Program-made: the position numbers and the translations under genes | Shown here: piece after piece, positions 21,052-32,002 of the stretch | How positions within the stretch are numbered: position 1 is the first letter of the stretch | Layout of the letters: every line of letters starts with the position of its first letter | Notes under the pieces: generated by a model | The model's database searches: none | What the model was told of the DNA's origin: nothing | What the model saw: only the letters and a program-made list of their open reading frames with translations | Origin: Trypanosoma brucei | Lineage: Eukaryota | Assembly: GCA_000002445.1 (NCBI GenBank) | Contig: CM000207.1 | Coordinates: 2,144,001 to 2,208,000 of the forward strand | Direction: 5' to 3' | DNA: 64,000 nucleotides

Positions 21052-21849
21052 CTACTCTCTTCTCCCAGTAGATACGCAATGTGATATGTCTCTTTCCCTA
21101 CCACTTCCTGCACACAAGCGCAATGATAATACGTATTCGCTGCTTCGTGGTGTAGTGCGAGTATTACTTGACACAGAAGCCACCGCCCGATGTCTGACAC
21201 GGGCAAATGGCCTTTAAAAAAAAAGAATGCACTTTACCTTATCACCATCACGCCGCGGGTATGTGGGTGACGTTAGTGGAGAAAAATAAAATGAAAATAA
21301 AAAAACAATGGGACAAAAAACAAAAACGAAAGAGTAAAATGCTAGCAAGGTCACATATATGTATGCATTTGCATTAGAAGATGTGGCATCCACAAAACTG
21401 AGCACGCAAAACAAAAAAAATCGAGTGAAATCACAAAAAGGGCACAGAAATCTCGAGAATTGAACATCTCATATCACGCAGGAAGAAAACGGGAGAACAC
21501 AGTAAGTGCTTCCAAAACCTTTCCACACCCCGAAAACTAAACTCACTCTGTATGTCTGTGTTGAAGTAAGATAGATTGTGAAAAAAGATGGGACGCTAGA
21601 GAACAGTAATAAGTTTTAAACTAAACAATGAATAAATCGAAAACATTCGGCTACGAATGTGAAAATTTAAAAAAATGGATGTTTGCCGAGGCCTAACGGC
21701 AGCAACCTGCTTCACGTTGGTATCCTTGCAAGTGACACGAAAAAAAAAATGAACACGCTTAAACAAACACAAAAAATAAAAGAGAGAAACCAGTGGCACA
21801 GTCACAGGGGGGGGCTCAGTGGCTGGTTGGAGCGCACCACACAAATCTT

Positions 21850-24800
21850 TCAGGAAGCAACCATGAGCTCACCACCACCTTCTGCAGCTCTGAACACGAT
21901 ATCGCGCTCCATATCGATACTTATTGCCTCTACCGGCCAACGCAAGTAGAAATCTTTTGCGCGGTTGACGGGAAACGGTCCACAACGCTCCGCTTGCAAC
22001 TCACACGCCTCAAGGACTGCCCGCACCGCTTCATAAACATTTAGAGACGGGCGATTGAACTGAGCAACAGTTGCAGCACTACCCGAAACCAGTAACTCAC
22101 GCGGTCGCTTGGCACCGTTACACAGTTTGGATTCCTCCCCCAGTCCTGAGAGAAACACGGCAACCGCCTCCCGAAGCCCACCCGCTTCTGCCCATGAGGG
22201 CCAAGCGTTTAGAAGGGCCGCAAACACCCAGCCACCCTCAGCTACACCCACGGAATGTACCGGATCATTTCCCTGCTTCTCAGACCTGGTACCAGCAACC
22301 ACTACTCCGGTAAGCAGAAAAAAAAGGCCCAAAGCCTCTAGAGAGCATGATAAGTGTGGGAATTTCCCCAACAGCTCGTGGCACACACGAGATGCAGCAA
22401 CGGTCTCGCAGTGGTAAAACATCAATTCGCTTACCCACGTGAGAAGCAGTGGCGCCGCCACTTCCAAAAATTGGTTCATCGCGGAAGACCAACAACACTT
22501 CATGCGATGTTCAACGCTGCAGATTACAAACGCACGCAACGTTAAATTTCCCGGCGCAACTTTGGACCACTCGTTTAATGGGATTTGAACAGCAGAGTGG
22601 TGCCGGCCAACCCCACAGCGCATCATTTCACCCTCCACCATCCAACAGACCGTTGCCCTCGCTGCTTCAATACAGGGAGACACATCCCCGCCCTTCACCA
22701 TGTGGTTTAACTCCGCCCCCAGCTCCACCTCATGACGTAGAGCAAACTCGCTACGATGCGCACGTCTCAGCAAGAGAAATATCGTCATCCACATGTACAC
22801 TTGTCCACTCGGTTGCCTCACGTTCTGAAGTGCCCATTTGAAAAGTGTGTGGTCGCAGCAGCTCGCCACACTCAGGGGAAGCCGAGAAAGCGACAAAGCA
22901 ACAAGCCGTGCAGCATGCCCTACCAAAAACGGCGCGGCTTCCCTGTAGAGTAGCAGTGGTGTCAGGTGCTGCTCGAGAAGTAAGCGAACGAACTCAATAA
23001 TCACCGTGGTATCAGTACTTTCCTCTGCATGTAAACATCGACACAAGAAAGAAATGATGCGGCAACTGAGCGGGTGGTCATTTGAGGCAGTACGCCGCCG
23101 CAGCGTGTTAAACAGCAATGACAAAAACAACCCGCAGCCAGCAGCATGATTCACAACAAGGGAACAAAGAGTAACCTGATCCTTGTCTCGATGTTGGGAA
23201 CCGGTGAAGAGATAATCATGTGCTTCTTCTATGCGTCCCTGTTCCCTATCACTCTCAATTTGAATGATGGCACTTGAAACAAGGGCAGCCAGCAGTGCCT
23301 TGCCCCACGTTCGAGCCCCTAGCGCTTCTAACCATTGGGGTTCTGCGGAACGGAACATCTGCAGGTGCGATAGACGTAGCTCCTCTGATACGACAGAAGC
23401 ACCACTGACAGAAACGCAGGCGTTTAAATGAGAAATATCACGTTGTGGTTGCTCTCCCCCCCACTTATGGATTGCCAAAGATACCTTCAAAGCGGAAAAC
23501 TCGGCCACGGAACAGCGGTCCTCGCTTGGAATTACATCATCACCCGTCCTGTACGCACCACTATAACCACCCGACGCAAACACCTGCCTCGCACCTTCAG
23601 TGAAGAGCGGAACAAGCGAGAGCTGTTCAAATAAAAAGGAATCGAGCTGCCCACTCCCCAGTGGCTGCTCACATCCCGCGGTGGCTAGGGCTAACAGAAA
23701 CGAAGCCGCCCAGTGTGGGTGCCGGCGCAAGGAGTTATTGACAAGCAGTTGCGGAGACATTAAGCCATCAGCCCCTTTCACGAAGGTAAAGTAAATCTGT
23801 CCATCTTCCCCCGTCAAGTCACGATTTGCAGGAGCTAAAAGCAGGAAATCATTCATGACACTAACGCGGAGATCTGAGAACGAAGACGGTACGCTGAGCA
23901 GCAACGTCAGGAGGTTGCCCCGGAGAAGGTGGCACACCTTTTGTTCGAGCTGACTGTCACCTATGCCGAAGTCGTCTCCCTTACCAACGAGACGTCTAAT
24001 CACGGTGGACCCCATCTTCAAGATGGCATCACCCAAACTACTGTCAAACACGAGTCTGGTATCCGGTATACCTCCGTCATTCCGTATCTGAAACTGACGT
24101 AGTGCCTCCCCCAGAAGGCCTACAACCAACTGCATGAGCAGCACTTCACACCCAGGAAGCAAAAAGGCCGCCACACAAATAAGACTGTGGAGCGCCCCGC
24201 ACGGGATTGTACGGAATTCGCTGGGGAACAACTGCTGGTCAGCGTGGTAGTTACCACCCGCTTCAGTACCCGCCGTAGCCTCCCCGCAGAGCTCCCACAC
24301 GACGTGCAACAAAGTGTTTGTCAACATAGAAATAGTTTCAGGAAGAAGAGAGGCACCTCCACAATTCTCATGTTTGCATGCTCGCTCAAGACAGAGACAT
24401 TCCAACAGAAAGCAGTGGAAGGATACGGAACTTCCATCGCGCACGCTGCGCACTATTTTTTCGGCGACATCGTTAAGGTTGGTATGGCGGTCAATAACGG
24501 CGTCCACGAAGTGCGGGCCTCTCACCGCGTCCTCAAATGCCTTCCCACTGATAGATGAAACCTCAAACAATACGCACAACAACGGTCCGTAGGGCACACT
24601 ACCACTTGGTAGGTTGTTTAGCAGTCCCACCAAAGCAGGCGCTGTATCAGCTGAGGCGGTTCTCAGTGCTTCAATAATGTAATCAGACAGATCAGGGCAT
24701 TCACCCAAGAGAGGCTTCTCCACAAATAGCTCTCTTAGCGCCTCAGCCGCTGCCACCACAACATCTCCATTAAGATGCAGCAGCAAAATAATTAAGTTAC

Positions 24801-25881
24801 GCGCAAGCCCCAGCGCGTCGCTCAAAGGCAATCCGTAGCTATCACTCTTGCCGCCCGCAGTGCCAGCAGCAGCATCATGGTGCGGCAGAGGGGTGGTAGT
24901 AAACAGCGCCGTACGCGTTGTCCCGTACTGCAAAACGAAACGCGTGAGGTAAAGAGCATTCGCAACTACCGGCTCCTCCCCACGAAACGTTTCCAACGCC
25001 CACGTAAGATAGGTCAAGAAAGGTGACCTCCGAACACCCCACGAAGAAGCAGGGAGTGCATTTGCTAGACTCTCGAGCCATACAGGGTGTTTGGCGCACG
25101 CCTCGAAGGCCAGGTGGAGCAGATAAAGCAAGAGCTCCACTCGGAACGCATCTGTCAGTGCTGTAGTGAGAGAACACATGTGTGGCACGCAGTGCTCCGC
25201 AACACACCACAGAAAAGGGGGACTCGCCTCCGCCAGGTCCGTTAGCAAAAGAAGCGGCAGAGGAACGGAGAAATCATCCGCTGTGACTTTTACCTCCTGT
25301 GATAACCCAGCAAGGACTGTTTCGCATAGGCATATCGAGAGACCCACTGGCGGCTGCGACAACAGCGTTGTATGTCCCTGGACAGTAAAGTCGTAACTGC
25401 GCCCATCCATGCCAAGACACTCCGTGTGACAAAAAAGGCCACTCTCTGTTGCTTCCTCAAGCAGAGTAAAAACAAGAGCAAGCACCGACAGGCCGGCTTT
25501 GTACAGCGGCATGTGGTGGTGAAGCGAGATGCAACGGCAAATCTTCGCCCCGAGATCCTGCAACAAACCCGCGAATCGCAAGAGTAAATCCCACGGTGGC
25601 GACGACAAGCAACCCTGTGCAGGGACGTCGACAAAGGAGCTTTCGTGCAGGGAGTTCGTGCGGTGTTTGACAAGCACTGGGGAAAAGGTGTATTGTAACG
25701 ATAGCATGATATCCTGTAAAGCCTGCACGACGTGCAACGCGGGAAGTTTGTCGAGTCGATCAACCAAACAGGATGCACAAAGCGTGTGGTGAGGGGGAAA
25801 CTCCCGCTGCGCATTCTTTGGCTCCAACAGGAGAATCATATGCTGTGGATCACAACACTCATCTACTTCCCACTCGCTCAT
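21850..25881 (-). CDS. Large hypothetical protein, 1343 aa, leucine-rich and probably alpha-helical repeat. Start moved to MSEWEVDECC.
   Basis: ORF 21850..26055. The first 58 residues include ..YINNSLYIY.., encoded by AT-rich intergenic DNA, so I use the start at 25881 (MSEWEVDECCDPQHMILLLEP). No catalytic signature. Confidence 0.85.
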   Translation of the reverse strand: MSEWEVDECCDPQHMILLLEPKNAQREFPPHHTLCASCLVDRLDKLPALHVVQALQDIMLSLQYTFSPVLVKHRTNSLHESSFVDVPAQGCLSSPPWDLLLRFAGLLQDLGAKICRCISLHHHMPLYKAGLSVLALVFTLLEEATESGLFCHTECLGMDGRSYDFTVQGHTTLLSQPPVGLSICLCETVLAGLSQEVKVTADDFSVPLPLLLLTDLAEASPPFLWCVAEHCVPHMCSLTTALTDAFRVELLLYLLHLAFEACAKHPVWLESLANALPASSWGVRRSPFLTYLTWALETFRGEEPVVANALYLTRFVLQYGTTRTALFTTTPLPHHDAAAGTAGGKSDSYGLPLSDALGLARNLIILLLHLNGDVVVAAAEALRELFVEKPLLGECPDLSDYIIEALRTASADTAPALVGLLNNLPSGSVPYGPLLCVLFEVSSISGKAFEDAVRGPHFVDAVIDRHTNLNDVAEKIVRSVRDGSSVSFHCFLLECLCLERACKHENCGGASLLPETISMLTNTLLHVVWELCGEATAGTEAGGNYHADQQLFPSEFRTIPCGALHSLICVAAFLLPGCEVLLMQLVVGLLGEALRQFQIRNDGGIPDTRLVFDSSLGDAILKMGSTVIRRLVGKGDDFGIGDSQLEQKVCHLLRGNLLTLLLSVPSSFSDLRVSVMNDFLLLAPANRDLTGEDGQIYFTFVKGADGLMSPQLLVNNSLRRHPHWAASFLLALATAGCEQPLGSGQLDSFLFEQLSLVPLFTEGARQVFASGGYSGAYRTGDDVIPSEDRCSVAEFSALKVSLAIHKWGGEQPQRDISHLNACVSVSGASVVSEELRLSHLQMFRSAEPQWLEALGARTWGKALLAALVSSAIIQIESDREQGRIEEAHDYLFTGSQHRDKDQVTLCSLVVNHAAGCGLFLSLLFNTLRRRTASNDHPLSCRIISFLCRCLHAEESTDTTVIIEFVRLLLEQHLTPLLLYREAAPFLVGHAARLVALSLSRLPLSVASCCDHTLFKWALQNVRQPSGQVYMWMTIFLLLRRAHRSEFALRHEVELGAELNHMVKGGDVSPCIEAARATVCWMVEGEMMRCGVGRHHSAVQIPLNEWSKVAPGNLTLRAFVICSVEHRMKCCWSSAMNQFLEVAAPLLLTWVSELMFYHCETVAASRVCHELLGKFPHLSCSLEALGLFFLLTGVVVAGTRSEKQGNDPVHSVGVAEGGWVFAALLNAWPSWAEAGGLREAVAVFLSGLGEESKLCNGAKRPRELLVSGSAATVAQFNRPSLNVYEAVRAVLEACELQAERCGPFPVNRAKDFYLRWPVEAISIDMERDIVFRAAEGGGELMVAS

Positions 25882-26608
25882 ATAAATATATAATGAATTA
25901 TTGATATACGTATGTGTACGTTGACCAGGCCTGGGGGAGTGGTGAAAGCGGAGCGAAAGAGAGAAAGGAACAGAAAGAAAAAATATAAAATAAACGAAAC
26001 GCAGATATGGCTCGTCACTAAGAAAACGCGAGAAATTAGCAGTGGAAAGCAACACCTTGAACTCTTGTCCGTTATAACAAAACTTACCGAACGTATCCCC
26101 GACGCAGTGCGATACACAAACACCCCCTCAGTGGGATAAAAGAGGTTATAACGTCGGGAAGGGACATATGAATAAACAAACAAATAAATGAAGGAGTAAA
26201 CAAATGATAAGACGAAGATAGACTAATGAGAAAACCATCGGTGTGCAGCTGAATGACACATATTTTTTTTTCTCAGACGAAGCGATAGTGCCCGCTCAGG
26301 GACTTCGAGGGTTACTGTAACACCACCTACGCGTGCCCATTCCCACGCATACACAATCTTTTTACGACACTGCGGTTACGCAATAATAATCACGCAGCGA
26401 AGCATATAGAAATACAGGAAAAAATAAAACAGTATTATATGTAAGTGTAAATGACTGACGATAAAGTTGAAAATATTCTTCCCTTCACCAACCAACCAAC
26501 CAACCAACACCTCCATCGCAACAACAACAACGACAACGACAAAGCCTCGGCAGCACATCGACCAAAACCCCTGCGATTGTCTCCCCTGCGCTCCCATCGC
26601 AACGTAAC

Positions 26609-27769
26609 CTATTCCCTGGGTTTTTGGACGTCTGGTGACCCACCACGAGCACTAAGCGCCTCAAGTACCTCCGGGTACGCTACGACGTAATACGTCGTTC
26701 CATAGTGCATATTCCTAAGTTCCTTTATTTCCAGACGTGACTCCTTCAAGTACTCCCTAATAGGTGAATTCCACTTACAGCCGTGTGTGTTTACGCTGTG
26801 TCGCTCCTCAAAATAGTCGAGAAACCAGTTGATTGGTAAATACGGGCTTTTGCCGTGCTCAAGTAGAAGAATAAGACCACTTGATTTAACGACGCGCTGC
26901 ATCTGCCGTAGAGCCTTGAGAGGATCATGAAGCGAACACAGTCCAAACATGTCAACTACGCAGTCAAACTCACCATCAGCAAACATCTCAAGGTTCTCTG
27001 AGCGCACACGGCGCACGTCATACTTGGGATATGCCGTCTGTGGTATGCGATACCGAATGGCCTGAAGCTGCTGGGCGTTTGCATCACACATAACAATCTC
27101 ATGGACAGCGTATGGGTACGCCCCAATGTTCTGTCCGTGACCGGCAGCGAGTTCAAGCACCCTGCCGTACGTTTGCTGAAGGAGCTCCTCCCTGAGCTGT
27201 CGCACTTCCTTCGGTTGCTCCACCCATATTCGAAAGAAGGTCAGCACCCCACCCACTAGTGAGATGCAGAACACAACGGCGCTCCAAGTTTTCACACGTT
27301 CCTTCAGGGGAAGTTTCGCACGCTGCAGGCGGAAGTACTCGCGTTGCTGGTAGTACTCGTGATGCCAAAAGGGTTTCACATGGGTGGGAATATCATCTGT
27401 GTAGTCGTAGAAGTTTTGCTTCCCTCTCGAAAGAATGGGAGGGTACGTTGTATCCCACCGCCAAATAAGAGCCTCAGGCTCCTTGTCCCTTCCATCCCTT
27501 GCCAAGGCGTGCCGAGCATACTCCAGCACCACGTCATCCGATGGTTCGAGGAACCCCTCTCTCCTCTCCACACCCATATTTACGTTCGTAATTGACGAAC
27601 TCTTATCAGAACTGGGGCTGACTTCAGGAGCAACGCCCTCCGTTGATGCCTCCTCCCGACCGCTGCCACCTCCAGATTTCGTGCCCTGAAACCTACGAGC
27701 AGTGGTCACCACGGCACGAAGCGGGCCCGCTGCACCGCTCCTCATACATGGAATAAACCGCCGGAACAT
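26609..27769 (-). CDS. SAM-dependent methyltransferase, 386 aa, with an N-terminal presequence-like region and one predicted transmembrane segment. It resembles an Oms1-like membrane methyltransferase. Start moved to MFRRFIPC.
   Basis: Methyltransferase motif I is RVLELAAGHGQNIG, motif post-I is VMCDAN, motif II is FDCVVDMFGLCSL, and motif III is GLILLLEHG. Hydrophobic segment AVVFCISLVGGVLTFF. The N-terminus MFRRFIPCMRSGAAGPLRAVVTTARRF resembles a mitochondrial targeting sequence. Confidence 0.85.
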   Translation of the reverse strand: MFRRFIPCMRSGAAGPLRAVVTTARRFQGTKSGGGSGREEASTEGVAPEVSPSSDKSSSITNVNMGVERREGFLEPSDDVVLEYARHALARDGRDKEPEALIWRWDTTYPPILSRGKQNFYDYTDDIPTHVKPFWHHEYYQQREYFRLQRAKLPLKERVKTWSAVVFCISLVGGVLTFFRIWVEQPKEVRQLREELLQQTYGRVLELAAGHGQNIGAYPYAVHEIVMCDANAQQLQAIRYRIPQTAYPKYDVRRVRSENLEMFADGEFDCVVDMFGLCSLHDPLKALRQMQRVVKSSGLILLLEHGKSPYLPINWFLDYFEERHSVNTHGCKWNSPIREYLKESRLEIKELRNMHYGTTYYVVAYPEVLEALSARGGSPDVQKPRE

Positions 27770-28793
27770 TTGCGAGTCTAATAATGATAAAAGTACCCGC
27801 ACTATTTTTCCCCCCTCCCTTTTCGTCTCCTTTCCGTTGACCACTTATTGATGAGTAAACCCCCTTCCTCCTCGCCCCTAACACTAAGTAGCAAAGGGAT
27901 TGGTAACGAGCAAAGTGAAAAGGAAAAAAAAAAGTAGCACTGCACACGCTCGTGGTAAAAGCCCTGTACAACATGAGGGATCAAAGCAAGCGACGGAAAT
28001 AAAGGAAGCAGAAAACAGTAGCTAATAGGGAAAAGTCGGAAGTGGTCACATGACCAAAACCCCTTCCGGGTGTATGCAATTGCACTTGGGAATAAGTAAA
28101 GAGTAAGAGGAAGGGAGAAACAGACGGGGAGGGAGTTCAATATCTTTACCCAACCATGCCACCCTTGTGCACGCACCATCATCTAATGGATGATCGTGCA
28201 ATAACAAAACAATGGGACGATGCACCACTACCGGTAAGGTAACTCAAGTTATCTTACCGGTAACTGAGACTCTCTCCCCCCCCCCTCACGAATAAGGAAG
28301 AACCGTCCCATATTCGCATCAGCAAAACGGGGACAAGAGAGTAGGGGTAAATATTTTTTAAAAAAGAAACTGCTTGGCCGTTTCCTCTGCCTCGCTTAAT
28401 GATATGACTATAAAGTCACGCTTTCTACACACGTTGAACAATGTCGTAATACTATATTTATTTATCTCTGGATGTGCATACGCGCCTTCGAATGAATAAA
28501 CGTAGAAGCAGAACAACAACTCACTGGCGGATTTTTTCTTTAAAAATAAAAAAATAGGACCAATGCGACTAGCATACATATATATGATATATGCAAATAC
28601 AGTCCCCCACTACCCCTACGATGGATAGTCAGTAAACCCTCAACAACATTCCTACCATCCCACTCACTAGTCATTAAGGACAAAGGAAGGATAAGGGGGT
28701 GAAAACTAAACCGTCCACTTCCGGTGTGTCATAAAGAAATTAAAAAACGGTGGGAAGGGTGGGTCATAGACATCTCCCCAGGGGTCAACTCGC

Positions 28794-30296
28794 TCACTTG
28801 CGGCCGGGTTTACCCTGCGAAAATTTCATACAATAGCTCATCGGGTATCCGGGTCGCGCCGGTTTATTTTCTTTCTTTGGTGGTGGCGGCGGGGCTGGCT
28901 GATGGTGTGGTTCCGGTTGGTAATACGCCTGTTGTGGTGGTTGGTAATACGCCTGTTGTGGTGGTTGGTAATACGCCTGTTGTGGTGGTTGGTAATACGC
29001 CTGTTGTGGTGGTTGATAATACGCCTGTTGTGGTGGTTGGTAATACGCCTGTTGTTGGGGCGCCGGGTGCGATGATGGGTACTGCGTCGGTGGGTAAACC
29101 TCTCCTGAAGCCCTTCCTCCGTCAGAAACCCCCGGATTTGATTTACCGTTGCTGGTTGATGCAACAGGGATCCCCATTACTGGCTGAGAGTGTGGCTGAG
29201 ATACGGAAGCAGGGAGTGTTGCTTCGTGTGGTTGTTGATATGCCGGATGGGGCGCCCACGGTTGAACATACTCCTGAGGCAAATGCTGCACCAGGCTTGC
29301 GTTCATGGTAAGGGGGCCAAAGAGAGAAAATTGCTTGTACAAGTCAACCGGTTTTGAGCTTGATAATTGTGGTACCTGCTTATAGCCCTTCTGGCGAAGC
29401 ACCTCCCTCGTCTTCATAAATATGTCGATGTAGCTGTATCCTGTAGTATTAAGTAATGCCCAAGTGAAGGCCTGCGTAGCCGCGCCGCCCGCAGCTACGG
29501 TTCCGTTACCGAAGGACGAAGTGTTGGTTACGTCCGCACTTGTCCCAGAGTCTTCACAGCCACTGAACATTACCACATCACCCCGAGAGTAGTTATCCTT
29601 CCGTACCATCCGCATTTCGTGTCGCTGGTTAGATGAGACATTCCTGCCGGCCACGAATGCAAAGGGGAGGTCCAGCAACGAGGCGGAATGACAGCAGTCA
29701 AACACTGCGGTCATGCGCACGCCGGCCGGTAGCCCCTTGATCATCAGTTCAAACAAATCATCATCTAGAATGGCGCCTGCCTTATCGTAGTCTAAGGGCA
29801 CAAGGCACTGGTCCATCTTTTCGTTCGAGTCACGTCCTCCCTTCGTCTCCGCTCCATGTCCAGAGAAGTGGAAAAACAAAACGTCCCCTGGGCGTACATC
29901 GTACACAAGCCATGCCATGTACTTGATAATGTTCTCACGGGTTGGCATGGCCGTGAAGTTTGGAAAGCGGCGGTCATCCACAAGGATGCAGCACTCAGAT
30001 ATGGGGAACTCAATTCTCTGCAGTGTTTGAAGCATATGCATCACGTCATTAACACACCCACCGAGTTGTGCACTCGAGCCCGTGTAGTTGATTCCAATGA
30101 AGAGTGCCTTCACACGTCCCTCCGTGTAGGGTCTGGGAGCCCGGTAAGGAACCACTGGACGACATTGGTGCGCCTCTCCCATCGCCTTCTTTACATCCAC
30201 GCGCTTCGGCCGTGGAACCCTGCCAATGCTGTTAACCACATAAGGCAGGACTGCGGTCGCAACCTGTCCAAATAGCAAAGCGAGAGCTGCGTCCAT
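28794..30296 (-). CDS. MCA5: Metacaspase (clan CD, family C14) with a C-terminal Pro/Gln/Tyr-rich repeat tail, 500 aa. Consistent with T. brucei MCA5.
   Basis: Catalytic His box HFSGHGAE and Cys box VFDCCHSASLLD. The C-terminus is a tandem (QQAYYQPP) repeat of about 6 copies, then PPPPPKKENKP. Confidence 0.95.
   Translation of the reverse strand: MDAALALLFGQVATAVLPYVVNSIGRVPRPKRVDVKKAMGEAHQCRPVVPYRAPRPYTEGRVKALFIGINYTGSSAQLGGCVNDVMHMLQTLQRIEFPISECCILVDDRRFPNFTAMPTRENIIKYMAWLVYDVRPGDVLFFHFSGHGAETKGGRDSNEKMDQCLVPLDYDKAGAILDDDLFELMIKGLPAGVRMTAVFDCCHSASLLDLPFAFVAGRNVSSNQRHEMRMVRKDNYSRGDVVMFSGCEDSGTSADVTNTSSFGNGTVAAGGAATQAFTWALLNTTGYSYIDIFMKTREVLRQKGYKQVPQLSSSKPVDLYKQFSLFGPLTMNASLVQHLPQEYVQPWAPHPAYQQPHEATLPASVSQPHSQPVMGIPVASTSNGKSNPGVSDGGRASGEVYPPTQYPSSHPAPQQQAYYQPPQQAYYQPPQQAYYQPPQQAYYQPPQQAYYQPPQQAYYQPEPHHQPAPPPPPKKENKPARPGYPMSYCMKFSQGKPGRK
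28917..29058 (-). repeat. 24-bp tandem repeat, about 5.8 copies, inside the MCA5 coding region. It encodes (P-P-Q-Q-A-Y-Y-Q)n.
   Basis: Plus-strand unit ttggtaatacgcctgttgtggtgg repeated head-to-tail from 28917. The fifth copy has a single G>A change (ttgAtaat). Confidence 0.9.
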
Positions 30297-31423
30297 TGCT
30301 TTCTGTATTTTATCTTAAATGCTTCACCCTCTTTTCCCGAACAACTCAACTATTCTGATCCAAGTGCAAGGGAGTTAAGCAGGGAGTATTAAATGCTGAG
30401 TACGTACAAACTCACCCAACCACAAGCTTTGAATCCAATCGTCAGCCTGTGTTGCACACGCTTTCGAGAACAATATCTCCACGGTCTGTATGACTATGGG
30501 CTCTCGCAACTCTCTCCTCTAACTAAGAAGAAAGACACAACAGAAAAATTATAATGATTTTTAGCGGTCACGTTGCTCTTTCCTGGTGTCCTTACAATAA
30601 ATGCCAACCACTACATTTTCACCCAGTTCCGTGGCAGTGAGAACAAATATCAAAAAAAAGTGAAAAATAGATGAGTGTAATCTGGCCTCACCTTCGCAGC
30701 CAGAAACAACAGTAACACAATACTAACAAAAAAGATGCGTTAAGGGAGTTCAGCAACCTCCCTCTCTCAAATTACTCACACACATGCGTACCAGGCGACT
30801 CCTCCAACACGCAGACACAACGAACTCACAAGGGAAATACAAAACATAATCAACATGAACCACTCCAAAAAACAGATAAACAAGGGGGAAGGACGTTGGG
30901 GGTCGAATGAAAACGTGCATAAAACGAAGCTGGGGTGAAGAGGCAATGACTCACCCAAACTTGCGAGGAAAACAACATTTTTTGCGAGTGTCTCGAGATG
31001 CCTGCCGTCTCATAAGCGGCAAATGCAATGCTCGCTAACTGACCAGGGCCAACCCTCGGATACGAAACATTAGGAAGGCACGCACAGCGGAATATGCGCT
31101 TGCGTTAGCGTACATGTCCCCCTTCCTCTACTTTTGTGACATTCGTCCACGTGGCAAAAAAGCATATTAATCCACTGTTTTCACAGCGCCGACGGGCGAT
31201 GCCTGTCTCTGCTACCCGGCGCACTGCAGTTGTTTCATCGTGTGAACGTCACAAACCAGCGGGGAGTTGAGACTGCCACACGAAAGGGAGAACAAGTGCG
31301 GCAGGACCTCGGACCCTGCCGGTTCAAACTTTTCTCACACCCCGCTGAAAAAAAAAAAACTTTGCAAGAGACTAGTCTGAATTGGCAAACTCAAACTCCA
31401 GCTTTACCATCACTTGACTTCAC

Positions 31424-32002
31424 CTAACCCCTGAGGCCGCCTCGGTGTTGCAGCAATGATTCATCCGAAAGAATCGTACAACCGGGAGTCCTACCACACA
31501 CACGTTTGTACATTTGTCGGCTGCTATCTAGTGCCTTCTTCAAAGGGCTCACACGTTCTTTTGAATCTCGTGACGAAGGGACTGATGCAGGTATTGGTTT
31601 CTCCGACCTCGGCCCCGCGCCAGATGTTGTGGACGAACCACCAGTATGCTCCGCCGCCCCCTGGAACACGGGGCAACTCTCCCTATCATTATCGGCACCG
31701 GTACCCCTCTCAGTAACTTTTTTTATCTCCTCCTCAAACTTAGCGCTTTCAGCAAGAACCGCCCCAATCTCTGTGTTAAGTCTTAAAACCTTCTCGGTAA
31801 GTTCGTTGCAATCATCACTACATTCCTTTAGCTCTTTCTTTCTCAGCAGCCGACGCGCGGCTTCCGCCTGTGTTGAACGAGATTCCGCCGCACAGGAGCC
31901 GTGGTGGTAACCAAACCATAAACAAAGAACAAACAGCACGGTTATAATACCCAGAGCCATTGGTCGGATGAACTGCTGATCATTCCGACGCTGCTTCCAC
32001 AT
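31424..32002 (-). CDS. Hypothetical small membrane-anchored protein, 192 aa.
   Basis: ORF on the transcribed strand. Hydrophobic segment MALGIITVLFVLCLWFGY followed by a charged coiled-coil-like region. No homology recognised. GC-rich with overlapping ORFs in other frames, so coding status is uncertain. Confidence 0.45.
   Translation of the reverse strand: MWKQRRNDQQFIRPMALGIITVLFVLCLWFGYHHGSCAAESRSTQAEAARRLLRKKELKECSDDCNELTEKVLRLNTEIGAVLAESAKFEEEIKKVTERGTGADNDRESCPVFQGAAEHTGGSSTTSGAGPRSEKPIPASVPSSRDSKERVSPLKKALDSSRQMYKRVCGRTPGCTILSDESLLQHRGGLRG

Noticed and set aside
28724-29311. 195-aa plus-strand ORF with (VVVVGNTP)n repeats.
   Set aside because: It is the antisense reading of the 24-bp tandem repeat inside the metacaspase gene. 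It is an artefact of the repeat keeping a frame open.
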